Assembly (NCBI GenBank): GCA_014728035.1
Contig: WJMJ01000071.1
Coordinates: forward strand, 1 to 64,000
Direction: 5' to 3'
Source of the DNA: Promethearchaeota archaeon
GTDB taxonomy: Archaea; Asgardarchaeota; Thorarchaeia; Thorarchaeales; Thorarchaeaceae
DNA length: 64,000 nt
The position numbers were made by a program, and so were the translations under genes. This document shows, in pieces, positions 18,475-27,974 of this stretch (position 1 is the first letter of the stretch; every line of letters starts with the position of its first letter). The notes under the pieces were generated by a model, which saw nothing but the letters and a program-made list of their open reading frames with translations, was not told the origin of the DNA and did not search any database.

Positions 18475-19248
18475 GTGATGGCTGGCAGTGCTGCTAAGAC
18501 CAAATCGGATTCAGGTGGCGAAGCTCAAGAAGAGTCTCAGACCGCGATGAATTTACGCGCAATCGAGCTCGTTCGAGCAAGACGCTCTATCCGAGAATTT
18601 ACCGGAAATAAAATACCGGACGAACATATTGAATTAATACTTGAAGCTGCTCGACACGCTCCAAGTCCCGAAAACATGCTAATGATACGCTTTGTCGTCA
18701 TTCGTGATGACCAAGAAACAAAAGAATTTCTTGCAGATTTAGCTCAAGAAATGGCGGAAACTGCATTCGGTGGTGCACCATTCGAACTAACTTCAGGTCG
18801 AAACTGGTTCATTGCAGATCCTTATCGTGCATCAGTATATGCTCGAATGCGTGATGGTGAACTTTTCAGATATCCTGAAAAGAGTGACGCTGTCATAATC
18901 GTCTGTGCAAGTGATTCATGGCATGATGCAGGTTATCTCTATCCAAATGAACTATTTGGATCGGTGGTTGCAGGAATGGCTGTACAGAATATGTGGCTTG
19001 TTGCAACTGATCTTGGATATGGTTGTGGATATGAGGCATTAGTCTGTTCCGACCCTCGGCATGCAGAATTAATACGTGACCGTCTCGGAATACCCCCTAT
19101 TTGGACTCCTTTGACTGCGTTCTGTATAGGCGAAAGAGTTTCACCAAGAGCTCTTGGCCCCAGCAGAGTTCCACTTGAGGGATTAATGTACGAAGAAAGA
19201 TGGGGTAACCCATACAAGAGAATAGCCTTCAAGAAGGAGGAAAAGTAG
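18475..19248 (+). CDS. nitroreductase family protein
   Basis: RRSIREF, ILEAARHAPS, AVQNMWLVATDLGYG. Confidence 0.9.
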   Translation: MMAGSAAKTKSDSGGEAQEESQTAMNLRAIELVRARRSIREFTGNKIPDEHIELILEAARHAPSPENMLMIRFVVIRDDQETKEFLADLAQEMAETAFGGAPFELTSGRNWFIADPYRASVYARMRDGELFRYPEKSDAVIIVCASDSWHDAGYLYPNELFGSVVAGMAVQNMWLVATDLGYGCGYEALVCSDPRHAELIRDRLGIPPIWTPLTAFCIGERVSPRALGPSRVPLEGLMYEERWGNPYKRIAFKKEEK

Positions 19249-19249
19249 A

Positions 19250-19507
19250 ATGGATGTAACATTTGATAAAGATACTGAAGCTAAACTCAAGGAGCTTGCA
19301 GCAGAAGCAAACCTTTCTGCTGAAGGGCTAATAGAGGTCGTCATGCATCAATTCGCGAATAACACTGGCTCTCGAGTCTATACGGGACGATGGTCAAGTG
19401 GAGAAGTTGATGGTGTGAAAGGATTCCGATATGTCGTACAATGGCCTTTCAAACCTGGGTTCATTGAAGCACCTGGTGATATGGTCAAGAAATGGAGGTT
19501 AGAATAA
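19250..19507 (+). CDS. small protein with N-terminal RHH-like element
   Basis: MDVTFDKDTEAKLKELAAEANLSAEGLIEVVM; AGGAGG SD; tightly coupled in operon. Confidence 0.7.
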   Translation: MDVTFDKDTEAKLKELAAEANLSAEGLIEVVMHQFANNTGSRVYTGRWSSGEVDGVKGFRYVVQWPFKPGFIEAPGDMVKKWRLE

Positions 19508-19508
19508 A

Positions 19509-19781
19509 ATGGCGAAGTTTAGAGACCACCCAACTGGAGAATGGCCTTTCTATCCCCGACTAAAAGAGGGTGATATTGAACATGAATACTGGACATCAAA
19601 GAAGATGGCTCATCAGGCATTCATCAATGACCGAAAAGGTCGTGTTGTAGTTCTCATGGATGGAGAAAAATACGACAAGTTCCTAGCTAAGGTAAAAGAA
19701 GTGAAGGGCAATATATGGGCTAGTTCTGTGGACGCCGCAATGCATGAAGCAATAGATGCATGGATTGAGAAGGAGGATTGA
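19509..19781 (+). CDS. small protein with C-terminal RHH-like element
   Basis: RVVVLMDGEKYDKF...VDAAMHEAIDAWI; GGAGG SD; operonic. Confidence 0.7.
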   Translation: MAKFRDHPTGEWPFYPRLKEGDIEHEYWTSKKMAHQAFINDRKGRVVVLMDGEKYDKFLAKVKEVKGNIWASSVDAAMHEAIDAWIEKED

Positions 19782-20143
19782 ATGTGAGTCAACTACAAGA
19801 ATTCTTCAAGTTTCTACAATCAAAAGTCAACGAAAAAGATGACATCAAGAAATTCGTGATTGATTGGATTGGACCATATGATGGGAAAATCCTACAGGTT
19901 CATACCGAAGATGGCGATCAATATATCGTTATTACTCGTGATGGTATGACCATGCATGAGGGTACATACCCGAGTCCTGATGTTATTTACAAAGCCAGTG
20001 CAGAGGTTCTTCTTGGAATCTTTACTGGCGATGTGAAATTTAAGGACACAATGAAGGATGGCAGACTTGAGGTCATCGGAAACGCTCACGAAAGTGATCC
20101 ATTAGCCAATCTCATTCTACAAGCTCTTATGGGTGCAATGTGA
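19778..20143 (+). CDS. SCP2 sterol/lipid-binding domain protein
   Basis: EGTYPSPDVIYKASAEVLLGIFTG...MKDGRLEVIGN. Confidence 0.85.
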   Translation: MNVSQLQEFFKFLQSKVNEKDDIKKFVIDWIGPYDGKILQVHTEDGDQYIVITRDGMTMHEGTYPSPDVIYKASAEVLLGIFTGDVKFKDTMKDGRLEVIGNAHESDPLANLILQALMGAM

Positions 20144-20153
20144 GGTGGTCTCT

Positions 20154-21278
20154 TTGGACGTAAAGAAGATCACAGTCATAGGCGCTGGACTTATGGGCTC
20201 TGGGATTGCATATGTATCAGCTTGGAATGGCTATGAGGTTACACTTGTCGATATCAATCAAGATGCACTTGATGCAGGAATGGAACGTATCCGGACTGAT
20301 GTCATGACGGGTATCGATAAAGGAAAGATTGGACTGAGTGCTGCCCAGGAGCTTATGGGCAGACTTAATGGTACAACTGACATGGAAGCAGCTGTAAAAG
20401 AAGCGGATCTAGTTATTGAGGCAATCTTTGAGAATATGGAGGTCAAAAAGAAAGTCTTTGGAACCGTGGACAAAGCAGCTCCTGAACATACCATTCTAGC
20501 AACAAACACTTCATCCCTCAGTATCGATGAACTTGCTTCAGCAACTGATAGACCTGAGAAATTCATTGGCATGCATTATTTCTCCCCCGTGGCAGCTATG
20601 AAATTGATTGAGGTTGTCATCGGTGAGAAGACTAGTGATGATACTATTGAAACTGCTATGGCTGTCGGTGAGAAACAGGAAAAAATACCCATCAAAGCTA
20701 AGAACAGTCCTGGATTCATTGTCAACAGGATTCTCATGCCAGTTCTTCGTGAGGCTATCATTCTCTATGAAAAGGATGTAGCTACGAAGGAAGAGATTGA
20801 CACCGCAATGACATCTATTGCTAAATTCCCTGCAGGTCCTTTCGCTTTGGGTGACTTTGTTGGGCTTGATATCGCCTACAATGCTATGAGTACCCTCTAC
20901 CGTGAGTTAGGTGATTGTTTCAAACCTCCAGAAACACTCAAGAAATTGGTTGATGATGGCCACATTGGTACAAAAGCCAAGAGAGGGTTCTACGAGTATG
21001 GTGGTAAACCTGAAGAACCTGAACCTCCAAAAGGAGTAGATGCTGACTGGCTTGTTACACGTATAACTATTCCCGTTATCCGTGAAGCGATGCTTCTTGT
21101 TGATGAGGGCATTGCAGAAAAAGATGATATTGATCAAGCTATGAAGCTTGGTGCCAGTTTCCCAATCGGACCATTTAAGATGGCTGAAAAGATGGGAATG
21201 GATACTGTCAAGGCTGAGATGGAAAAACTCCATGAGGAACATGGTGAGTGTTATAGCATCCCAAAAATGTTACAATAG
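20154..21278 (+). CDS. 3-hydroxyacyl-CoA dehydrogenase with duplicated C-terminal domain
   Basis: VIGAGLMGSGIA, IEAIFE, ATNTSS, GMHYFSP, PGFIVNR; second IDQAMKLGASFPIGPF domain; TTG start after GAGGTG. Confidence 0.92.
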   Translation: MDVKKITVIGAGLMGSGIAYVSAWNGYEVTLVDINQDALDAGMERIRTDVMTGIDKGKIGLSAAQELMGRLNGTTDMEAAVKEADLVIEAIFENMEVKKKVFGTVDKAAPEHTILATNTSSLSIDELASATDRPEKFIGMHYFSPVAAMKLIEVVIGEKTSDDTIETAMAVGEKQEKIPIKAKNSPGFIVNRILMPVLREAIILYEKDVATKEEIDTAMTSIAKFPAGPFALGDFVGLDIAYNAMSTLYRELGDCFKPPETLKKLVDDGHIGTKAKRGFYEYGGKPEEPEPPKGVDADWLVTRITIPVIREAMLLVDEGIAEKDDIDQAMKLGASFPIGPFKMAEKMGMDTVKAEMEKLHEEHGECYSIPKMLQ

Positions 21279-21280
21279 TC

Positions 21281-21333
21281 TAAGAGATGCAGGATGAGTC
21301 CTGCATTTTCTCTTATTTTTTCTTTCTTTTTTT
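21281..21333 (+). terminator. hairpin + U-tract terminator
   Basis: ATGCAGGA-TGAG-TCCTGCAT followed by long T-rich run. Confidence 0.7.
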
Positions 21334-21474
21334 CAGAATCTTGCTTCCAAATCCAAACGACATATGTATATTAATCAAAATGAAATTATACATCTTGGAC
21401 CGTTCGGTTGTGAATGTGCTATTGAGAACTAGCGCATACATATTTCCGACGAATGTCTAGGGGACAAAATAACA

Positions 21475-21960
21475 ATGGACTTTCAACATCTAAAAGATAC
21501 TGCAAACTTCTTATTTGCATCAATGATGGACGCTATGGTTGACCTTGGTGTTAGCCCAGACTTGATGTTTGCTGGAATGGCACGATCCTTCGAAGGAGAA
21601 TGTCGTGAACTGCTAGCACGTGATGGTCTTGATCTAACCAAACTCGAAGATGCTGCTAATATGGAAGAGCTAGTACAGCACTGGGCAGATGCCCTTGAGA
21701 AAAACAAACTAGCTGCTCATGTTGAGATTCATCGTGTTGATGATGAAGAAATCGACGTCGAAATGGGTGGATGCGTATTTTCTGAGGCTTGCAAAATCAA
21801 TAAGCAACACCATGAAGGTGATATTCCACTATGCCCATGGATTGGTGTTTTATATGCTCTAGTTGAAGAGAAATATGGCAAACACCTACACCTTAATACT
21901 GCGGACCATCATGTTGAGAAGGATCACCACTTCTTCAACCTACACGTTACTGACTGGTAA
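21475..21960 (+). CDS. V4R / methanogen-output-domain-like protein
   Basis: VEMGGCVFSEAC...PLCPWIGVLYALVE pattern; His-rich C-terminus. Confidence 0.6.
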   Translation: MDFQHLKDTANFLFASMMDAMVDLGVSPDLMFAGMARSFEGECRELLARDGLDLTKLEDAANMEELVQHWADALEKNKLAAHVEIHRVDDEEIDVEMGGCVFSEACKINKQHHEGDIPLCPWIGVLYALVEEKYGKHLHLNTADHHVEKDHHFFNLHVTDW

Positions 21961-21975
21961 TATAAATTGGAAACT

Positions 21976-22013
21976 GGGTTCCCTTTTGGGCCCTTTTTCT
22001 ATTTTCTTTTTTT
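21976..22013 (+). terminator. hairpin + U-tract terminator
   Basis: GGGTTCCC-TTTT-GGGCCC then T-rich run. Confidence 0.5.
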
Positions 22014-22085
22014 CAAAATTTCTAACATATCTCTTATTATAGAAGATGTTTTTAAGGGGCATCTATACAAGCTAGTTATAGTCTC

Positions 22086-22913
22086 TTGAGGATGACATCA
22101 ATGCCAGAATTTGAGACAATGTTATACAGTAAAGAAGGCTCATTTCTCTCTCCGCAGAAGAATGTAGCTGTGATTAAGTTCAACCGAGTGGACGCATTGA
22201 ATAGTATCAACGATCAGTTCATTCAGGATCTTGTAGCCGCTCTAGAAGAGGCTGAGAAGGATCCAGAGGTTCGCTCAGTTGTTCTTGCATCTGCTCATGA
22301 CAAAGTATTTTGTACTGGGGCAGACTTGAAGATGGCCCAAGGTTTGCTTGGTAAACCTGATGAAGTAAAGGATCTTGTTGCCCAAGGTCAGAAAGCTATT
22401 GATAGGATTGCTACACTTGACAAACCCGTCATTGCAGCGATACATGGCCTCTGTCTTGGCGGTGGTACTGAGATTGCTCTTGCCTGTGATATTCGAATTG
22501 CAGATGATGAGGCAAAAATTGGCACCCCTGAAGTCAGTCTAGGACTTATCCCTGCTTGGGGTGGTTGTGTTAGACTTCCAAGAATTGTTGGTCTTGGTAA
22601 AGCAATGGAACTTGTTCTTACAGGTGGTCAGGTTACCGCAGAAGAAGCTCTTGAGATGGGATTGGTTAGCAAGGTAACATCTGTTGACGAACTCATGAGC
22701 CAGGCAATGTGGTACGGAGCTAAACTTGGAGGAAATGCACCTATTGCTCTGAAATTGGCGAAGAAAGCCACTCACATGGCTTTTGAGGATGAGTACGATG
22801 ACAACCTCGAATATGAGGTTGAAGCAGCTGTAGAATGCTTTGGAACAAAAGACTTAGCTGAAGGTATTTCTGCAGTATTTGAGAAACGTCGTGGGAAATT
22901 CGTAGGTGAATAG
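22086..22913 (+). CDS. enoyl-CoA hydratase/isomerase
   Basis: FCTGADL, GLCLGGGTEIALACDIRIA, PEVSLGLIPAWGG. Confidence 0.93.
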   Translation: MRMTSMPEFETMLYSKEGSFLSPQKNVAVIKFNRVDALNSINDQFIQDLVAALEEAEKDPEVRSVVLASAHDKVFCTGADLKMAQGLLGKPDEVKDLVAQGQKAIDRIATLDKPVIAAIHGLCLGGGTEIALACDIRIADDEAKIGTPEVSLGLIPAWGGCVRLPRIVGLGKAMELVLTGGQVTAEEALEMGLVSKVTSVDELMSQAMWYGAKLGGNAPIALKLAKKATHMAFEDEYDDNLEYEVEAAVECFGTKDLAEGISAVFEKRRGKFVGE

Positions 22914-22923
22914 TTTTTCAGTT

Positions 22924-22957
22924 GAGACCCCGGAGCTTGGGGTCTCCCTTTTGTTTT
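22924..22957 (+). terminator. hairpin + U-tract terminator
   Basis: GAGACCCC-GGAGCTT-GGGGTCTC-CCTTTTGTTTT. Confidence 0.7.
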
Positions 22958-22958
22958 A

Positions 22959-23267
22959 TTAGTGCCCTTGGTACTCTTCGTATCCTCGTTTAGCAGCTTT
23001 TTCGATCATCACTTTCATTTTTTCATAAATGTCTTTGAATGAATCATTGTGACACTCTGAATATCCATTAGGATGAAAATGAGCTAATAGATGCCCATCA
23101 CTATCTAGCACTCGGAATGTAGGCCTAGGTATTGGACCTGGCCTTGGGTCACGTTTTGGTTGGATGATATCTAATTCATATTCCTCTGGACAGTATTTCT
23201 CAAATGCCCGTGGTATCTCACTTTGTCTTGCGTCATCCATAGCCTGATATTTCGGATGTTTTACCAT
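22959..23267 (-). CDS. hypothetical protein (~102 aa)
   Basis: ORF from MVKHPKY; the upstream extension overlaps the thiolase promoter and start and was trimmed. Confidence 0.65.
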   Translation of the reverse strand: MVKHPKYQAMDDARQSEIPRAFEKYCPEEYELDIIQPKRDPRPGPIPRPTFRVLDSDGHLLAHFHPNGYSECHNDSFKDIYEKMKVMIEKAAKRGYEEYQGH

Positions 23268-23469
23268 TATGAATAGCACCACGTCTTTTGTAACAAGAAA
23301 CCTTTTTGGTTTTTCTAGAACCACGCAAACCAATACCATATAATTGAAAATATCTTTGAATTTTTGTTGAAACGTTAGCCTTAAGACTACAACTGCAAAT
23401 GTCACATAACTTATCAATTGATTCGGAAACTGGAAAAATTTCAATCCAGGATTATCCGGAGGAAAAAAT

Positions 23470-24636
23470 ATGGCAAGAAAGGTTGCAGTTGTGGCCGGAG
23501 GCCATTCCAAGTTCGGAAAGCGTTTCGATGCGACAATGAGAGAACTCAGCGCTGAGGCTTACAAGCCAATATACGACGAAGGTATCACTCAAGATAAGAT
23601 TGATGCCACTGTTCTATCATACGCAGCATCTCAATTCACAGGACAGGGAGCTGGATCAGCTCTGATAGCTGATTATCTTGGACTCTCTGATAAGCCTCAT
23701 CTTCGGGTTGAGTCAGCCTGTACTACTGGAACTGCTTCATTAAGAGCTGCTTGGGGAATGGTTGCTGCTGGTCTCTATGATGTTATGTTAGTACTAGGTG
23801 TAGAACAGATGAACCGAGTTTCATCTGCTACAGCTACAGAATATATGTCACAAGCTGGTGATATGCGTTGGGAGTATCCATATGGTATTTCTTTCCCTGC
23901 TTTCTATGCTCTTATGGCATCTCGGTATATGCACGAATATGATATGCCTCATGATGTCTTAGCAAAGATTGCTGTAAAGTCTCACCACTATGGTGCACAG
24001 AATCCAAAAGCCCATCTTCCAAAAGAAGTACCTTTTGAAGAGGCAAACAATGCAATTCCAATCGCCCGTCCATTGAATCTCTACGATTGTAGTCTGATTA
24101 CCGATGGTGCCGCTGCAGTTATCATTGCTGCGGAAGAACGTGTAAAGGAATTCACTGATCGTCCAATGTGGATTAAAGGAATTGGTGCAGGTGCTTCAGC
24201 AATGAAGATTCAAGACCGTGAATCATTGACATCCATTCCTGGAGCTAAGAGTGCTGGGAAGGCTGCCTATGAGATGGCTGGAATTGGTCCAGATGATATT
24301 GATATGGCTCAAGTTCACGATTGTTTCACTATAGCAGAGCTTATCGCTTATGAAGACCTTGGATTTGCAGAACCTGGTAAGGGACGAGAGATTGTTGAAA
24401 ACAAGGAAAACTATCATACCGGACGAATTCCAGTGAATTGTGATGGTGGTCTCAAAAGCAAAGGTCATCCATTAGGTGCTACTGGAGTTTCTATGACCTA
24501 TGAAATTATGAAACAGATGCGTGGCGAAGCAGAAGAATCATCCCGACAGATAAAGGATGTTAAGTATGGTCTAGCTCATAATGTAGGTCAGTCAGGGCAA
24601 TTTGTGAACGTATTCATTTTTGAGAGAGGTTGGTAA
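23470..24636 (+). CDS. SCP-x-type thiolase (acetyl-CoA C-acyltransferase)
   Basis: VESACTTG, DCSLITDGAAA, VHDCFT, GGLKSKGHPLGATG, AHNVG. Confidence 0.93.
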   Translation: MARKVAVVAGGHSKFGKRFDATMRELSAEAYKPIYDEGITQDKIDATVLSYAASQFTGQGAGSALIADYLGLSDKPHLRVESACTTGTASLRAAWGMVAAGLYDVMLVLGVEQMNRVSSATATEYMSQAGDMRWEYPYGISFPAFYALMASRYMHEYDMPHDVLAKIAVKSHHYGAQNPKAHLPKEVPFEEANNAIPIARPLNLYDCSLITDGAAAVIIAAEERVKEFTDRPMWIKGIGAGASAMKIQDRESLTSIPGAKSAGKAAYEMAGIGPDDIDMAQVHDCFTIAELIAYEDLGFAEPGKGREIVENKENYHTGRIPVNCDGGLKSKGHPLGATGVSMTYEIMKQMRGEAEESSRQIKDVKYGLAHNVGQSGQFVNVFIFERGW

Positions 24637-24639
24637 AAG

Positions 24640-25056
24640 ATGAGCGAACAGAAAGAACTCTATTTGGGCTACTCGACTGATAAAGCGGTTACACCCTTTT
24701 TCCAGAAATTCCTAGAGGCTCTTGACGAAGAGAAACTCATGAAGAGCAAATGTACTAAATGTGGTACTGAATATCTGCCACCTCGTGAATATTGTCAGAA
24801 AGATTTGTCCAAGTGCGAACTACATGAGCATACCGAGAAAGAAGCCAAGCTCTATAGTTATGTAATTGTGGACTTTGCTCCTGAAACACTCTCATCAAAA
24901 GCACCTTATGTTGTTGCGATTGGTGAATTCCCCTCGGGTCTCCGCCTTACAGCACATATAACTAATTTGATGAGCCAACCAAAAGTTGGAATGGATTTGA
25001 AACTTGCATTCGATAAGATTGACAAGAAGAAAATCACATACAAGTGGCTTGTATAA
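24640..25056 (+). CDS. DUF35 Zn-ribbon/OB-fold thiolase partner
   Basis: KCTKCGTEYLPPREYC, APYVVAIGEF; directly downstream of thiolase. Confidence 0.9.
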   Translation: MSEQKELYLGYSTDKAVTPFFQKFLEALDEEKLMKSKCTKCGTEYLPPREYCQKDLSKCELHEHTEKEAKLYSYVIVDFAPETLSSKAPYVVAIGEFPSGLRLTAHITNLMSQPKVGMDLKLAFDKIDKKKITYKWLV

Positions 25057-25062
25057 TTCTAT

Positions 25063-25093
25063 GAGGGCATTAGCCCTCTCTATTCTTTATTTC
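25063..25093 (+). terminator. hairpin + U-rich terminator
   Basis: GAGGGC-ATTA-GCCCTC then TCTATTCTTTATTT. Confidence 0.55.
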
Positions 25094-25137
25094 AAACAAT
25101 TATTTTCTATTACGGTTTTGAAAACTATTTTTTGAAG

Positions 25138-25536
25138 CTACCTTTGATATCTTAGAAAATCCTTATTCAAAACATCTAAACCATTGGTACTTTTTTCCAA
25201 TACTTTTGCCCATTTTGATAGTAGTGCAACAGATCTCAAAGTTCTAAGGTATATCATGGATGCTTGCTGCAAGCTACTTTGCTCTATCTCATGGATAGCA
25301 GTATCAATCATTTCAGCTACATCAGTAAATCGTCTAAAACCTTCATTTCTTCTATAGCCTGCGAATTTGATGTAGTCGTACCCATTTCCTGTAAGAGCGC
25401 GAATTAGTATTCGTTCTTCTTCAACAGCTGTCATCATTTCATAAGTTGTCATTAGGGAATTTTTCATTGCTAAGAGTGAATCCTTCCAGACATGGCGTTT
25501 ATCAGATAGTTCCACTTTGACCCCTCTTGCATTCAA
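25138..25536 (-). CDS. hypothetical helical protein (tandem paralog A)
   Basis: KDSLLAMKNSL...IYLRTLRSVALLSKWAKVLE. Confidence 0.75.
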   Translation of the reverse strand: MNARGVKVELSDKRHVWKDSLLAMKNSLMTTYEMMTAVEEERILIRALTGNGYDYIKFAGYRRNEGFRRFTDVAEMIDTAIHEIEQSSLQQASMIYLRTLRSVALLSKWAKVLEKSTNGLDVLNKDFLRYQR

Positions 25537-25654
25537 AGGATAACTTTTCTGTAAGTATTTCTCCTACTTAAATGCTCACTATCAACTCGATTTTGATTTT
25601 GGTTAGAAACGCTTCTAATAAAATTATTACTTCTTAACTACTCTACTCCATCTA

Positions 25655-25963
25655 TTAAGAAGATATTGAGGCCCTCTCTAAAATTCTAGTCCATTTTTGA
25701 ACAAGTGCTACACATTTCAGAGTGTCTAAATAAATCTTGGAGGCAGTTTTACTGTCACAATAATTCAGCTGCTGAATAGCAATATCAATTACCTCTGTGA
25801 TGTCTTTCAGTCTTCTTCTCCCATCATTCGCTTGATAGTCCCAGATTTTTAGAAAATCATCTTGATCAAAAATTGACATATCAAATGAATATGAATTTTC
25901 AAGAGAGCTTTTCATTGCAATGAGTGACTCTTTGCAAACATAGCTTACCTTCTCTTCTATCAT
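25655..25963 (-). CDS. hypothetical helical protein (tandem paralog B)
   Basis: KESLIAMKSSL...IYLDTLKCVALVQKWTRILE. Confidence 0.75.
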   Translation of the reverse strand: MIEEKVSYVCKESLIAMKSSLENSYSFDMSIFDQDDFLKIWDYQANDGRRRLKDITEVIDIAIQQLNYCDSKTASKIYLDTLKCVALVQKWTRILERASISS

Positions 25964-26138
25964 TATACGGTCCCCGTTCGTTCGCTGGTCCCACAGCGAA
26001 TTACTCTTCTATCTGAATTATAATACATAAAGCTTCGTTGTTTAAATTTTGATATGATTTTGTGTTTTATACCGTTCTCCGAAGCCTTATTACTAACCTC
26101 TAACCGATGGTTCGCATCATTCCGGAGTGGAGTAGACC

Positions 26139-26924
26139 ATGACTGAAGAAGTAGTTCTCTACGATAGTGATAGTGGTATTGCAACAATTACCATTAACAG
26201 ACCAAAGAAGTATAATGCATTGAATAGCCAAGTAGTGAAATCATTGCATGAGGCATTCAAGAAAGCTGAAGCCGATAACGATGTACGTGTTGTGATTTTG
26301 ACTGGTGCTGGTGAAAAAGCCTTCGCAGCGGGTGCTGATATTGGAGAGTTTCAGGATAAGGATGGTAATACCGTGTTACCTCTTGCTGAGAATGGGCAGA
26401 ACCTCTGTAAATTCATCGAGTCCATGAGCAAACCTGTAATTGCCGCAGTGAATGGTTTTGCGCTTGGAGGCGGTTGTGAAATTGCAATGGCGTGTGATAT
26501 TCGTTATGCTTCAACAAACGCGCGTTTTGGACAACCAGAGATAAATCTCGGAATCATTCCAGGCTTCGGTGGAACAGTAAGACTTCCACGAATAGTTGGA
26601 ATGGGTATTGCAAAAGAACTTGTTTACACTGGAGACCAGATTAAAGCCGAAGAGGCACTACGAATCGGCCTGATCAATCGAATGTTTGTATCTGTTGAAG
26701 AGTTGGTTGAAGGAACTAAGAAACTTGCTACAAAATTAGCTGCAAAGCCCGGTGTCGCAATTAAGTTAGCGAAAGCGTCTTTGAATAACGCTTTTGAGAT
26801 GACTATGGAGAAGAACCTCGAATTTGAAGTCAAGCAATTCTCTGCGGTTTTTGATACAGCTGACAAACAAGAAGGTGTAGATGCATTCTTGGATAAGCGA
26901 GATCCAACGTTCAAACATAAATAA
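26139..26924 (+). CDS. enoyl-CoA hydratase (crotonase)
   Basis: AFAAGADI, GFALGGGCEIAMACD, QPEINLGIIPGFGGT. Confidence 0.94.
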   Translation: MTEEVVLYDSDSGIATITINRPKKYNALNSQVVKSLHEAFKKAEADNDVRVVILTGAGEKAFAAGADIGEFQDKDGNTVLPLAENGQNLCKFIESMSKPVIAAVNGFALGGGCEIAMACDIRYASTNARFGQPEINLGIIPGFGGTVRLPRIVGMGIAKELVYTGDQIKAEEALRIGLINRMFVSVEELVEGTKKLATKLAAKPGVAIKLAKASLNNAFEMTMEKNLEFEVKQFSAVFDTADKQEGVDAFLDKRDPTFKHK

Positions 26925-26940
26925 CAGAGGCCTTTGGCCT

Positions 26941-27876
26941 CTACTTCCTTTCTATCATCAGAATCTCATTCTCTTCACGAATCATGCTCTTTGATTTCAA
27001 AATCTCTAGATGTTTTGATACCATGAACTCTTCAAAGATTAAAAACAAATCAAGAGGAATGCGTGGATAGATTGTTGGAGCTTTACATAGTTTATCCAGT
27101 GTGTTCAAACCCTGCTCAATATTTTTTAGAATCTTCATTTCGCGTTTTTCAAAGGATTCAAGGAAGTCCTGTAATCTTTTGATAAGGTTGTCTTCGACTG
27201 GGTTTATGAGATGACTACTTATACCCACATTGGGCTCTAAATCAATGATCAGTTGTACAGAATCTTTGAATTCGCTTATGATGCTTACCTCATTTCCATA
27301 CCAAGGCCCAAACCTTGTAAGGTCTATATCAACAAGCAAAATGGTATCAGTCCCATTGATACCGATACATGTATGATCTGGTGTGTGGCCAGGTGTATGA
27401 ATTGGTAGAAGTGATATTGATCCGCAGTCAATCTCTTTTCTGTCTTGAAAGTACCCCGTGATATTATAACTACTTTTAACATGCGGTAACCATTCTAGCA
27501 ATATTTTCTCCCAATATTTTCTGTATTTATGGTCTTGAACGCCATAATATTGCATCATACCTTCAAAGGTTTTCACTGCATCCTGACCTGCTGGATGACA
27601 TAATACCTCACAGTTTGTCTTTTCCCATATTTGCTGAGCATAGCCCTTATGATCGATGTGAAAATGAGTCAAAACTATTCTGTCAATATTATCAAAACTA
27701 TACTTGAGATCTCGGAGTGTCTGTTCTATATTGGTCAGAGATGATCCCGCATCAACAAGTGTTACTATCTCATCATCTATTAGAAGAGAATTTGCCTCTG
27801 GAAATTTTGACCGATTATCACCTCTGATAAGATGTACATTTGTTTGTATTTCCTTGTGGATTTGATAATCTGGCAT
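26941..27876 (-). CDS. metallo-beta-lactamase-fold hydrolase
   Basis: LTHFHIDH, HTPGHTPDH, DIDLTRFGPWYG. Confidence 0.88.
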   Translation of the reverse strand: MPDYQIHKEIQTNVHLIRGDNRSKFPEANSLLIDDEIVTLVDAGSSLTNIEQTLRDLKYSFDNIDRIVLTHFHIDHKGYAQQIWEKTNCEVLCHPAGQDAVKTFEGMMQYYGVQDHKYRKYWEKILLEWLPHVKSSYNITGYFQDRKEIDCGSISLLPIHTPGHTPDHTCIGINGTDTILLVDIDLTRFGPWYGNEVSIISEFKDSVQLIIDLEPNVGISSHLINPVEDNLIKRLQDFLESFEKREMKILKNIEQGLNTLDKLCKAPTIYPRIPLDLFLIFEEFMVSKHLEILKSKSMIREENEILMIERK

Positions 27877-27974
27877 ATTTGGTTCCTTCTATTCATACGT
27901 CAATGATTTCCGTACTATTCATATCTTAGAAGCCCCCAACAAAAAGTATCCCATAATGACATGTGGTGTTATCA

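Noticed and set aside
23268-23510. N-terminal extension of ORF 22959..23510
   Set aside because: Overlaps the thiolase start and its AT-rich promoter region; composition looks non-coding.
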